Virus record (IMG/VR): IMGVR_UViG_3300033049_000066
Span: 62,001-126,000 of that record
DNA length: 64,000 nt
Direction: 5' to 3' (one strand)
The position numbers were made by a program, and so were the translations under genes. Numbering within the stretch: the first letter of the stretch is position 1; every line of letters begins with the position of its first letter. The notes under the pieces are model-generated. The model saw nothing but the letters and a program-made list of their open reading frames with translations. It was not told the origin of the DNA and made no database searches. This document shows, one piece after another, positions 28,390 to 38,563 of the stretch.

Positions 28390-29046
28390 ATGAAAACAAT
28401 AGTCGTTTACGGTGGAAGATTTCAGCCACCGCATTTAGGACATAAGGGGTCGTATGATTGGCTTGTAAATGAATTCCCAAATGCTGATGTATACATGTCA
28501 TCGGCAGAAAAAGCCCCCGGTCCAAAAGATCCATTTATGTGGTCGGAGAAGAAACGTCTAGCAGTCGCAATGGGTGTTCCACCTAGCAAATTTATTAAAA
28601 TTAAAAATGCGTACGTTGAAGAATTGATTCGCAGTGTCATCCCTTACAATCCAAAAACTACGGTATTAATTATCGCACTAAGCCAGAAAGATGGTGATCG
28701 TTTAGTTAGCAAAAACGTTGACGATGAAGGATACGCAATTAAAAAGAATGGTGACCGCGCACCGATACAGTGGTTACCTAAGAACCCAGAGCCTGTAGTC
28801 AACGGCCACTTTTACGTCGTTGCAACCCCCACCGTCACTTTCAAGGTTGCCGGCAAAAACATCACCGGCGCAACAGAAATCCGTGATATGTATACAAACG
28901 GGGATGAGAAAACACGAGATCGCATTTTAAAAGATTTATACGGTGAGGTCAAGCCAGCGGTAAGAAAGCTATTTGATCGTAGACTTGGTGCGATACAAAC
29001 TGAAGATGTCCTTAGAGAATTTATAGAATTCGTTAACAAATTTTAA
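28390..29046 (+). CDS. HIGH-family (cytidylyltransferase-like) nucleotidyltransferase
   Basis: YGGRFQPPHLGH motif; GATEIR (SxTxIR-like). Confidence 0.85.
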   Translation: MKTIVVYGGRFQPPHLGHKGSYDWLVNEFPNADVYMSSAEKAPGPKDPFMWSEKKRLAVAMGVPPSKFIKIKNAYVEELIRSVIPYNPKTTVLIIALSQKDGDRLVSKNVDDEGYAIKKNGDRAPIQWLPKNPEPVVNGHFYVVATPTVTFKVAGKNITGATEIRDMYTNGDEKTRDRILKDLYGEVKPAVRKLFDRRLGAIQTEDVLREFIEFVNKF

Positions 29047-29079
29047 AAACATCAGAACTCAATGGCATAAATACTGCTA

Positions 29080-32000
29080 ATGAATATCACAGAGCTCGAC
29101 AATTATAAGCTTGCGAAAGCAATTGATTTTAACACTGATTTAAACCCACAGATTTTCGTCAACGACAAAATGCGGCCGGTAGTGCGTGAGAAATTGATGG
29201 AGATAGCAGATCATTTTCGTGAATTCTTAGGCGTACAAAATATTGCCTTAGTAGATATAGAAGTTAGCGGATCCAATGCTGCTTACAGCTACACTCCGCA
29301 TAGCGACATTGACTTACACCTAATCGTAGATTTTACGCAACTTCCAGACAGTGATGTTTACAGAGAGCTATTCGACGCGAAAAAATATCAATATAACAAT
29401 CACCACGATATAAAAATTAAAGGGTACGAAGTTGAATTGTACGTCCAAGACGCAGCACAAAAACATCATTCCCTCGGCAGCTACAGCGTTCTGAATGACA
29501 AGTGGAATAAAATTCCAACAAAGCAACGCGCAAATCTCGACGACGACGCCACACTTTTAAAATATGAAAAATTAAAGGACCTTGCCATCCGCGCCTTGGC
29601 AGCCGATGACAACGAGTACTTAAATAAAGTGCTTGACGTAGTGAAGAAATACAGACAGGCTGGGCTTGATCAGCACGGTGAGTTCGGCCCTGAGAATTTA
29701 GCATTTAAAATGCTTCGCACTGATGGCTACTTTGCTAAGCTATGGACGAAGAAACGCAATCACGTAGATACCGAGCTTAGCCTAGAAACCGCTGTAGAAG
29801 AGCCGGACACCTTAGCCCAAGAATTGATGGCAGAATTTGTCAGCGGCGTATCACCTCAACAAACAGAAAGTATGATCAAGCGCATGTTCAAAGCTCGCTC
29901 AGGTCTGTTTGAAGATTTTGATTACACCTACATTCAAGACAGTGCCGCCAAGCTAGTGACCTTTGAAGCATCGTACGCAGGCAACCTCGGTGCCATGGAA
30001 GTTATGCAATTTTATCGTGACGCCCCAACCGATCACGTGGACCTACTAACGAGACTTATTGCCGCTGACAAAACTAAAGAAGCATGGCAGCTTATACAAA
30101 AAGTAACCGGCACCCAGTTACAAGGACAAGAGTTCAACGAAAGCGAAGCTAAATTTATCGCTGGCATGCGGTCAACCTTTGGTGCTGCCCTAGATGACAC
30201 TAGCGATACAGCCATAATTGAAGCATGGGACGTATCTAACCAGACGCCGGTGCCATCACCAGGCTACAATAAAATTATCGCTATGAGCACGACAGTACTA
30301 GAAGACGGTACTAGATGTACCGATATGGGGCTTGTAGCAAATTTCCTGGTTGCTGAAGCTAGTAGGAATAATCCGAAGGTCTTAGAGTCAAACACAGAAG
30401 AGACAATCACTAATATCGTACAAGAATTATTTAATTCAATGTCCGGGGTGACTCCGGTAGTTGGCAATTCATACGCAATTTTACAAATAATCGCACTAGC
30501 CTCAGGAGAGTCGATAATATTAAATGGGTCACGGACTCCACTTACGATAACAGAAGTAAATCAAAAAGATACCTATGTTGAGTACGTGTTTAAGACACAT
30601 GACGGTATTGTGCGCAAATTCCCAGACGAGTTGCATCTTGGAGCTCGTGTTGACAAAACATTCCTCTTTGAAACACGTGAACAATTAGGATCGATGGAAT
30701 CATTTTTAAGACTTAAAATGTCAAACTGGGCCATTACTGATCGGTTCTTAACTGAGGTAAGTACTGGCATCTGCGAAGACCCCATGACATGGATCCAAGA
30801 CGACGACCAAGATTTTATTAACCCGGTGCCAATTATTACCGACACCGAAGTATTTAACTTCATGGATGAAATAGACAGAACAGCCTATGAGATGTTCCCT
30901 GAGAATAAAGGTTTATCAGGCTCGGCATACGGCATGGCAATGAAAAAAGCTCGGGCAAAAATAGGAACAGTTGAGCAAGTGCCGATGCAGCAAATTGTTT
31001 CAACAGAAAAATATTTAAAGACAAGTCAACTTGCCGCAATTTTAAATGGCAAAGCAAAATCATCAAGTGACTATCCTATATTATATAAGCAAGGTAACAC
31101 ATATATCGCAGGTGATGGCAACCACCGCATTGCGGCACAGTTTATTAAACAACAACCTACAATTAAAGCCTTGGTCCTAGACGGCGCAAAAATACTGGAT
31201 GAAAATTTCATCGTCAATGAACAAGACATCGACTTAGTGGAAGAGATCCGGGCAGAATTTGAAGTACATAAAAATATCAAAGAGAATTTCATTGTCAACG
31301 AACAAGGTCGCATTGTTAAAGGATCGAATACAACAGATGACGTTGGCGTAGACGAAATTAAAATCCAAGCTAAAAAGATGGGCTTCAACGTATCAATTGA
31401 TGGCGTACCTGAAATTCCAAAGAACGGTGTACCTAAGATAATTAATTATACTGCTAAGATAGAAAACGCACATGCATCCGCATTGCGAGAGTTTCTAAAT
31501 AGTAATCAGTCATTGCTTGAATCACAAGACGATTTTAAATCAGTAAGAGAATTTACAAATTCGTACAAAACTAGTCCAATTATCGGTGAGAAATATGTGT
31601 ACACATCATTGATGATTACTCCGGCGATGGGATTTATAAACCTTGCACATACCGAAGAGGCAGAGTTAATTAAAATCAAAGCTGGTTATGTTTATTTTCG
31701 ATTAGCTAGCGGCAAGATTGCACAATATCCAAAAAACGACTCCGATTTAAATTCATCACTACAGCAAATATTATTTTTTAAAACCCTGACCGAGTTTGAT
31801 CAGTTTAAGGCCGCACTTATTTTAAAATTCGGACAATGGCGTATAACCCACAAGTTACTTGAAGATGCAGAACCTAAAATATTCAAATCAGCCGCGGTAC
31901 GCGAGATGAAGTGGGAAGACTCTGCTCACATTGAGTACATGGATGATCGCCTTGCTTGGGTCGAATCACAAATTGTCGAAGGCGTTACGTTGTTTGATTC

Positions 32001-34197
32001 AAACAGCAACGCTAATACTGATTATTTTTTAAATATCAATAGTGACGCTCCAGTAATAAACAAAAAATTTATACTAGCCTTCCAAGCTCTTGTTAATAAT
32101 AGAATAATTATTAGCGAAGTACATACCGGTAGATTAATCGACTTTAATGACACCGAGTATAAAATTAAACTTGACAGTGGCAAAATTCTAACGTACCCGG
32201 ATTGTAGCAGCTCTAAAAAGATGCTTACTAAATCATTCTTGTTTGACTCCAATGACAAATATAATAAGTTCCGTACAATAATCCAACTTAAATTTAAAAA
32301 GACACTGCCGCAGATTAGTCTCGCAGCGAGTAGCATACAGCAAGACAACTTAACTGAATCGTTTCTTACAGAACTCAACATGGCCCCGGGTAATTTACAG
32401 AAGGCCGTAAATAAAATACTAAGTTCCGCTGATCCGCACGTTGGTGTTGAGTTTGAAGTAATTATGCCCGCCGACGCTGAGATGAATCCGGAAATCAACC
32501 TCCGCACAACACGGCAAGATATCTTAGATTTCTTTACGTACGACGACGAAGAATCATTTGAGAACTTTAATGATGTTTACCAAGAATGGCTACAAGAACA
32601 AGAGTCGGCGTGGTCCGAACAAAAAACAAATGAAATACTAAATGATCCGACTGAGGAGTACGACGACAAGCGTGAGTTCATGGTTGACTATACCCTGAGC
32701 GACAATGCCACCTCGCAGCTAAAAAGTATTTACAAAAAGTTAAAAATTAAAGACGACTTAGAAATTACAGATGAAATTGCGGAGTCTGTGCTTGACATGG
32801 CAGAACTCGCATATAAAGATTACGGATCCGCAGATAACTGGCCGACATCGGACGGTATGAGTCCGTACGTATTATTGTATCATGAAATATTCGTTGTTGA
32901 TAAAGAAGACGCTACAGAAAAGTTTAAAGAGATGGCCACTGAGGAATTTTATTCTACCGAAATGCTAGTAGACGAAGATGAGTACTCCATTGGTGCGTGG
33001 CTTCAGTCACTTCAGATATCAAGTATGGGTGACCTATATAGAGAGTTTGATTACGACTTAACGTGGACAGGTGGTACTAACGTTAGTGCCAATTTTGATG
33101 AAGAAATCGCCTATCAAATAGCAGATGAGCTAGGAAATCTTATTGGTGAGGACGTAACAGTTGCTGGTGAAGATAGCGACGATAGCGACAACGCGCCGGA
33201 CACGAGCGTGAACTGGGTTATTACAAATGACTCGTCAATTCGACCTAATAACGATGATGATTCTGCTCTTGAAATTATTACGCCAGTAATGGATTATTCT
33301 ACCGGGATAAAAACACTCAATAAGGTCTTTGATTTTCTAAGTGAGAAAAATGCTTACGCAAATGACTCTACAGGCCTGCACATTAATGTAAGTCTAGGAA
33401 ATATAGATCACACAAAATTAAATTACACTAAATTAATCGTTATGCTCGGCGATTCACATATATTAAAACAGTACAATAGAGAATTCAACGAATACGCTGT
33501 AGACGCATTGACTAATTTAAGTACGATGCTAGATGCAAAGCAAGGATACGATCAAGATAAGAAAGCTAAAGCCGTGTCCTTTGCAAATATGATGGGCAAA
33601 ATGAAAAGTGATTTTAACAATGCTGTAGCAAGCTCATTTGACAAAATTGATTTCGGCAAGTACAATTCAATCGGGCTCAAAGATAATTATATTGAATTTA
33701 GATCCGGCGGCGGCGCTAATTATCTTGACGACTTTGGAGATATTGTCGGAATGATTAACCGGTTCGTTGTAGCGTACGCAGTAGCAGCTGACCCAGACGC
33801 ATATAAGAATGAGTACGGTAAGAAATTATATAAACTTGCTACAAATGTCGGTCTAAGTCCGGCCTCACCTACAGCAATGCAATTATTTGCGAAATTTAGT
33901 TCCGGCATGATGACAAAGGAAGAGCTTATCCGGCAGGTTAAGATGTCAAAGACCATCTCAGACGAGCCGGTGGACACTGGTGATCGTTTAAGAACTGCGA
34001 AGAGCACCGCGACTGAAGCATTCATAGAAATTTCTGACAAGTGGGATCTATCAGCCGTCGAGACAGACAGACTGTGGAACAACGCGATTGCTATCGAGCT
34101 CGAGAGACTAGCAGATTTAAGAAATTATCTCAGGCCACCACGAGCTGCAAAAGCAGCATACACCAATTTAATGAACGATAAAGGATACTATGAATGA
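29080..34197 (+). CDS. multidomain polyprotein: Pol-beta NTase + ParB-like + three copies of an unknown domain + amidoligase
   Basis: GS...SDIDLH...ELYVQD (from aa 64); GDGNHR (aa 678); GVEFE, LEIITP, STGLHINVS, IEFRSGGG (aa 1120-1545). Confidence 0.8.
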   Translation: MNITELDNYKLAKAIDFNTDLNPQIFVNDKMRPVVREKLMEIADHFREFLGVQNIALVDIEVSGSNAAYSYTPHSDIDLHLIVDFTQLPDSDVYRELFDAKKYQYNNHHDIKIKGYEVELYVQDAAQKHHSLGSYSVLNDKWNKIPTKQRANLDDDATLLKYEKLKDLAIRALAADDNEYLNKVLDVVKKYRQAGLDQHGEFGPENLAFKMLRTDGYFAKLWTKKRNHVDTELSLETAVEEPDTLAQELMAEFVSGVSPQQTESMIKRMFKARSGLFEDFDYTYIQDSAAKLVTFEASYAGNLGAMEVMQFYRDAPTDHVDLLTRLIAADKTKEAWQLIQKVTGTQLQGQEFNESEAKFIAGMRSTFGAALDDTSDTAIIEAWDVSNQTPVPSPGYNKIIAMSTTVLEDGTRCTDMGLVANFLVAEASRNNPKVLESNTEETITNIVQELFNSMSGVTPVVGNSYAILQIIALASGESIILNGSRTPLTITEVNQKDTYVEYVFKTHDGIVRKFPDELHLGARVDKTFLFETREQLGSMESFLRLKMSNWAITDRFLTEVSTGICEDPMTWIQDDDQDFINPVPIITDTEVFNFMDEIDRTAYEMFPENKGLSGSAYGMAMKKARAKIGTVEQVPMQQIVSTEKYLKTSQLAAILNGKAKSSSDYPILYKQGNTYIAGDGNHRIAAQFIKQQPTIKALVLDGAKILDENFIVNEQDIDLVEEIRAEFEVHKNIKENFIVNEQGRIVKGSNTTDDVGVDEIKIQAKKMGFNVSIDGVPEIPKNGVPKIINYTAKIENAHASALREFLNSNQSLLESQDDFKSVREFTNSYKTSPIIGEKYVYTSLMITPAMGFINLAHTEEAELIKIKAGYVYFRLASGKIAQYPKNDSDLNSSLQQILFFKTLTEFDQFKAALILKFGQWRITHKLLEDAEPKIFKSAAVREMKWEDSAHIEYMDDRLAWVESQIVEGVTLFDSNSNANTDYFLNINSDAPVINKKFILAFQALVNNRIIISEVHTGRLIDFNDTEYKIKLDSGKILTYPDCSSSKKMLTKSFLFDSNDKYNKFRTIIQLKFKKTLPQISLAASSIQQDNLTESFLTELNMAPGNLQKAVNKILSSADPHVGVEFEVIMPADAEMNPEINLRTTRQDILDFFTYDDEESFENFNDVYQEWLQEQESAWSEQKTNEILNDPTEEYDDKREFMVDYTLSDNATSQLKSIYKKLKIKDDLEITDEIAESVLDMAELAYKDYGSADNWPTSDGMSPYVLLYHEIFVVDKEDATEKFKEMATEEFYSTEMLVDEDEYSIGAWLQSLQISSMGDLYREFDYDLTWTGGTNVSANFDEEIAYQIADELGNLIGEDVTVAGEDSDDSDNAPDTSVNWVITNDSSIRPNNDDDSALEIITPVMDYSTGIKTLNKVFDFLSEKNAYANDSTGLHINVSLGNIDHTKLNYTKLIVMLGDSHILKQYNREFNEYAVDALTNLSTMLDAKQGYDQDKKAKAVSFANMMGKMKSDFNNAVASSFDKIDFGKYNSIGLKDNYIEFRSGGGANYLDDFGDIVGMINRFVVAYAVAADPDAYKNEYGKKLYKLATNVGLSPASPTAMQLFAKFSSGMMTKEELIRQVKMSKTISDEPVDTGDRLRTAKSTATEAFIEISDKWDLSAVETDRLWNNAIAIELERLADLRNYLRPPRAAKAAYTNLMNDKGYYE

Positions 34198-34790
34198 AAC
34201 CGCAAGAATTTATAACAGAAGCCCGAAGCGATAGTATTATATTGATTGACTTTCAGCCAGCGTATCAAAGCGAGGATTTCGGCTATGACGATGCCATCGA
34301 CCAGGCTGTTAACTACATTAATAAAAAACAGCCATCCGTGACTGCTTTTTATAACGGACAGGATGTAGGCATTGAGGATACTCCCTCAGAGGTTCTTTGG
34401 CATTACATGGAACATGGACTAAACGAAGATCTCGGACATTTATTTACGTTCAAAGAGAAGTCATACGCTTGGTTAAGATCATGGATAGACGAAGGGGTTG
34501 ACGAAGCATTGATTATTAAAGTTATTCGGTACTTGGTTATGAATGACATGAATGATAGTCGAAGCATAGAAGATGAAGACTGGTTAAAACTAGTTGGTGA
34601 AGATTTTGACTTCTACGAAGATAGAGAGATGGGAATTTTTATACCTGAGATTAATATTGCTACATTACAAACACTAAACAAATCACTACTTGGTGGAGGT
34701 GGTCAACATGAATGCCTTAAGGAAATGCAGGTGCTAATGAATGCGTTTAATATTAAATATAAATTAGTACAAGAATGGATTTACGGTTAA
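34194..34790 (+). CDS. cysteine-hydrolase (isochorismatase/nicotinamidase fold)-like protein with capsid-targeting-like leader
   Basis: IILIDFQP and GGGQHECL; leader MKPQEFITE. Confidence 0.55.
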   Translation: MKPQEFITEARSDSIILIDFQPAYQSEDFGYDDAIDQAVNYINKKQPSVTAFYNGQDVGIEDTPSEVLWHYMEHGLNEDLGHLFTFKEKSYAWLRSWIDEGVDEALIIKVIRYLVMNDMNDSRSIEDEDWLKLVGEDFDFYEDREMGIFIPEINIATLQTLNKSLLGGGGQHECLKEMQVLMNAFNIKYKLVQEWIYG

Positions 34791-34869
34791 CATCCTGGGC
34801 GTAACGCACCCGCTGATTTAAAAGCGAAAACAACGACTTACCATAAATAGTATTAAATGGAAACTCATT

Positions 34870-35040
34870 ATGAAAGTAAATGAAATTATAAAAGAAACAA
34901 CAACCGCTGGTGGTATTGCTACAGTAGTGGGTGGCATCGCGCCAGCAATCACTCGTAATGCCTCAATTTACGGTAATGATAAGCCCAAAAAGAAGAAAAA
35001 GAAATCCGGCAAATATGCCAACAGCCCAGGTAACGAATAA
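34870..35040 (+). CDS. small basic late protein, possible prohead core (56 aa, not in the ORF track)
   Basis: MKVNEIIKETTTAGGIATVV...KPKKKKKK; CATAAATA at 34842; stop overlaps next ATG. Confidence 0.65.
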   Translation: MKVNEIIKETTTAGGIATVVGGIAPAITRNASIYGNDKPKKKKKKSGKYANSPGNE

Positions 35041-36011
35041 TGAATGACATGAACAGTATATTAAAGAATTTTAACAGCGCTGGCTCGGACCAGTCCAAAG
35101 AAGGCACACCGAGTGAGCAAGGAGCAATGCAATCATTGCTTGAAGGACTCGATTCAGCACAGCAAAGTGTAAATCAAATGCCAGGGACACATACGATGGC
35201 AAAGAGTACAGACACAGCGCATCCAGCAGAAAAATTCCTAGTAGGCGGCGAGCACGACAAAGAAACTAATTTAGCAGAAGTAACTCCAGATGAAGTAGCA
35301 GCGATATGGAAAGAAGTATTTCCGCATAGCTCAGTACAAATTAACAAATTACAAAACGGCGCAGCTTTTAAATTTCGACTAGCAGCTGGCCCAAGTGAAG
35401 TATCCGGTGGTATAATGGACAATGATCCATTAAATTACATGGTAATGTTACGTGGTAAAGAATGGAAGGAAAATTTAACGTCACTAACTGTTGCTCCGGA
35501 AGAAGGTTCGCATATGGCTTTTGGAAGTGTTAAGCTTCGTAAAAAGACAGCTAAAAATATTACTACTGATTTAATCCGCAACCGTTTTAACCAAATAAAA
35601 GACTTCATTACTGCTAATGCGTCAAAGTTGCACCAAATTGATTTTGACATCAATGAGAAATTAGGAACTACAGTTACAGAATCAGATACATACGAAGATA
35701 CTATTGCAAAACGCAACCCAGTCAACAATGTCCATAAAAAACAATCGTTTAAAGATATTTTCCGATCAATGGAAGAAACAGAAGAAGACCTAGCAACCCG
35801 ATTTAAGAAAGAGTTGCATGACGAACTAGATGAAACAGCGAAAGACCCCGAACTTAGAACTACTGGAAGTATGAGCGGGATGCTAGATGATATAAAACGT
35901 CTTATTCGACAAGGCAAGACAGTCCAGGTAACTGCCAGGGGCTTGCCAACTGACAGATATAGACTCGGTGCAATTGTATCTTATTCATTGTCACATGAAG
36001 AAACTAAATAA
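35040..36011 (+). CDS. hypothetical late protein (possible internal head protein)
   Basis: 323 aa with LLE, LAE, VTE and LDE motifs. Confidence 0.65.
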   Translation: MNDMNSILKNFNSAGSDQSKEGTPSEQGAMQSLLEGLDSAQQSVNQMPGTHTMAKSTDTAHPAEKFLVGGEHDKETNLAEVTPDEVAAIWKEVFPHSSVQINKLQNGAAFKFRLAAGPSEVSGGIMDNDPLNYMVMLRGKEWKENLTSLTVAPEEGSHMAFGSVKLRKKTAKNITTDLIRNRFNQIKDFITANASKLHQIDFDINEKLGTTVTESDTYEDTIAKRNPVNNVHKKQSFKDIFRSMEETEEDLATRFKKELHDELDETAKDPELRTTGSMSGMLDDIKRLIRQGKTVQVTARGLPTDRYRLGAIVSYSLSHEETK

Positions 36012-36030
36012 CTAAACAAAGGAAAGTAAA

Positions 36031-37635
36031 ATGAAATTACACGAAATGTTCAACGGTGACGTCAAAGAAAACAAAGAAGCCGACGTTAAGCCAACGTACC
36101 TACAAGATGAAATCCTCGAACGTTTAAAGGCGTCAGGTGGTAGCGTGTACACAGGTAACGCAAGATTGGTAAAAGACGGCGTTACAGCGATCCTAGCAAT
36201 CAACGGTCAACGCAGATTCGCAATCTTCCCAGATGGCACGTACAAAGCAAGTAAAAAATTCATTGACTTTCAACGTGATGGTTGGGAATTAGAAATTGCT
36301 AACTTTGAAAGCGTAGAAGAAGCCAAAGGAAAAAGTCCAAAGTCTGATATTCGTGTAGACAATGCCGGTAACAAGAAATGGTACAAAGATGGTGAATTAC
36401 ACAGAGAAGACGGACCAGCAATTGAGTTCGCGGATGGTGACCGGTGGTGGTACAAGAACGGTAAACAGCACCGAGATGATGGGCCAGCTGTTGAACAGGT
36501 AAATTCCACAAAGGGCTGGTACATAAATGGTAAGTTACACAGAGAAGATGGCCCAGCAATTGAATACGAAAATGGTGATCAATATTGGTACATAAATGGC
36601 AAATTACATAGAGAAGATGGCCCGGCTGTTGAACGTGCGGATGGCAGTAAAGAGTGGTACTTAAATGGCGTAAAACAAGAACCTAACGTTTCAGAAGAAA
36701 GAGAAGTGCGCACTGGCGTAGAAGAAGCCAAAGGAAAAAGTCCAAAGTCTGATATTCGTGTAGACAAAGATGGTAACAAAAGATGGTACGTAAATGGCGT
36801 ATTACATCGAGAAGATGGCCCTGCTATTGAACTCGCAGTTGGCTCCAAATTTTGGTTCATAAATGGCAAAAGACACAGAGAAGATGGCCCTGCTATTGAA
36901 CTCGCGAATGGCGACCGCCATTGGTACAAAAACGGCAAAAGACACAGAGATGATGGGCCGGCTATTGAGTACGCGGAAGGTGACCGCCATTGGTACATAA
37001 ATGGTGAAAGACACAAAGAAGATGGGCCAGCTGCAGAACAAGCAAATGGCTCCAAATTTTGGTTCGTACATGGCAAAAAACACAGAGAAGATGGCCCTGC
37101 TATTGAACTCGCAGATGGTGAAAAACAGTGGTTCATAAATGACAAAAAACACAGAGAAGATGGGCCAGCCGTTATACAAAAAGCCGGCTCCAAATTTTGG
37201 TACATAAATGGCGTAAAACAAGAACGTAACGTCTCTGAAGAAATAGTTCCTTACACTAAAAATGGTGATACCGATCAAGGCGAATATATTGATGATGAAA
37301 CTGGTCAAATATATGACCAAAATGAAATTGAGACAGTACACGGCAAGAATCGAGAAAAACAACACCACGCTATTAATAACTCAAATCGATCCGAAGATGA
37401 TTACGTGGCCGAGCCTGAAGTTACTCCGAAAAATCCCTTAGCCGTTAGCATGTTTGGCGATATCGCAGCAGGTGGTGGTGATCCAATTGATCATTTAATG
37501 ACCTCACATAACATGACGATGGATCAGGTTGATGCACTAGCACGTGAGCAAGGGTATACTGATGCTTATGAATGGGCAGAAAGTTTTATTGAAATGGAAT
37601 CAATTCTTAGGAACGCAGGTATTCAAAAATCATGA
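36031..37635 (+). CDS. HREDGPA-repeat (MORN-like) protein
   Basis: ten 23-aa WxxNGxxHREDGPA repeats in two blocks; leader MKLHEMF. Confidence 0.8.
   Translation: MKLHEMFNGDVKENKEADVKPTYLQDEILERLKASGGSVYTGNARLVKDGVTAILAINGQRRFAIFPDGTYKASKKFIDFQRDGWELEIANFESVEEAKGKSPKSDIRVDNAGNKKWYKDGELHREDGPAIEFADGDRWWYKNGKQHRDDGPAVEQVNSTKGWYINGKLHREDGPAIEYENGDQYWYINGKLHREDGPAVERADGSKEWYLNGVKQEPNVSEEREVRTGVEEAKGKSPKSDIRVDKDGNKRWYVNGVLHREDGPAIELAVGSKFWFINGKRHREDGPAIELANGDRHWYKNGKRHRDDGPAIEYAEGDRHWYINGERHKEDGPAAEQANGSKFWFVHGKKHREDGPAIELADGEKQWFINDKKHREDGPAVIQKAGSKFWYINGVKQERNVSEEIVPYTKNGDTDQGEYIDDETGQIYDQNEIETVHGKNREKQHHAINNSNRSEDDYVAEPEVTPKNPLAVSMFGDIAAGGGDPIDHLMTSHNMTMDQVDALAREQGYTDAYEWAESFIEMESILRNAGIQKS
36311..37242 (+). 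repeat. duplicated repeat cassettes made of 69-bp coding repeats (4 + 6 units)
   Basis: identical 52 bp at 36311-36362 and 36716-36767; both blocks end in NGVKQExNVSEE. Confidence 0.9.
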
Positions 37636-38186
37636 AAATTTCTGAACTAGAAAAAAATGATGCAGTAACAAAAGATAAAACACTTGAAGCATCGCTCGCA
37701 CTATGCGAAGGTATTATATCAATGTTAACCGGACGTATATCCAAAGCAACACGGAACTTTTTAAAAACACAAGGTGGTAATATTGACCGAGCAATTAGAG
37801 TTGCAAGAGGTATGCTAAGTGGCATCGGTCGCAACAGTAATTGGGATAATATTGTACTTGAGCTGTCTGGCTTGAAGACAGGCAGATTGCACGAAGCAGA
37901 ATACGAAGGTGGCATTGATTTTGAGGCACAACCAGACTACGCAAATGTTAAGGGCGTGAATCTCGACAATCCAAGATCCCACATTGATTCAGTAGCAGCA
38001 AATAAAAAGCAAGCAGCAAAATTAAATAAGGCGTGGGTAAGACTCGTTGGAAATTTAAGCAAGCTGAACGCAATGGATCCTAAGTCTGCACAGACGTTGA
38101 AGATGAATTTACGTAGCTTAGCACATACCGCAAAAGAAAATAATTTCAACTTAGTTCCATCCCCGGAACAAGTATTTGGCGACTAA
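37632..38186 (+). CDS. hypothetical late protein (possible internal head protein)
   Basis: MKISELE leader, internal LHEAE. Confidence 0.65.
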   Translation: MKISELEKNDAVTKDKTLEASLALCEGIISMLTGRISKATRNFLKTQGGNIDRAIRVARGMLSGIGRNSNWDNIVLELSGLKTGRLHEAEYEGGIDFEAQPDYANVKGVNLDNPRSHIDSVAANKKQAAKLNKAWVRLVGNLSKLNAMDPKSAQTLKMNLRSLAHTAKENNFNLVPSPEQVFGD

Positions 38187-38204
38187 TTAATTTCTCCGAA
38201 CTAC

Positions 38205-38235
38205 AAAAATAGGCCCAATTAGGGTCTATTTTTTT
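38205..38235 (+). terminator. rho-independent terminator (possibly bidirectional)
   Basis: aaaaataggccc-aatta-gggtctattttttt, at the end of the late block. Confidence 0.8.
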
Positions 38236-38245
38236 GCCAAAGGCA

Positions 38246-38274
38246 TTGACCTTTAGCGTGTACTATTGTATAAT
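38246..38274 (+). promoter_or_regulatory. sigma70-like early promoter
   Basis: TTGACC-N17-TATAAT. Confidence 0.8.
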
Positions 38275-38299
38275 AGCACAACAAAGGAGAATAACAATA

Positions 38300-38563
38300 A
38301 TGTCAGATAACAAAATATTCAATCAAGAAGAAAAAGCTAAATTAAAACACCTCATGTCAGAAGGCATGTCTGTACTATCGGAAATTGAAGCACTAAGCGG
38401 TGGCCTGGCTGATACAGCTAAAGCAATTGCAGAAGAAATGGATATCAAACCAGGAGTGCTAAAGAAAGCAATTAAAACGGCTTATAAATCTTCGTTCACA
38501 CAAACCACAACGGACTACGAGTTACTGGAAAATATTTTAGAAACTGTAGGTCGTACTGAGTAG
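38300..38563 (+). CDS. small dsDNA-binding protein (T4 DsbA/GapR-like)
   Basis: AAGGAG RBS; helical LADTAKAIAEEMDIKPGVLKKAIK pattern. Confidence 0.55.
   Translation: MSDNKIFNQEEKAKLKHLMSEGMSVLSEIEALSGGLADTAKAIAEEMDIKPGVLKKAIKTAYKSSFTQTTTDYELLENILETVGRTE

Noticed and set aside
28390-34790. NAD-reconstitution pathway (HIGH NTase plus nicotinamidase-like protein)
   Set aside because: fold-level similarity only; no Nampt or ADPR-PP synthetase gene in the window
36311-37242. CRISPR array or DGR template/variable repeat pair
   Set aside because: repeats are in-frame 69-bp coding units without unique spacers; differences are not adenine-specific and there is no reverse transcriptase or cas gene in the window
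36579-37368. long minus-strand ORFs (208 and 188 aa) and other antisense ORFs in the track
   Set aside because: shadows of repetitive or codon-biased + strand genes, with no RBS or motifs
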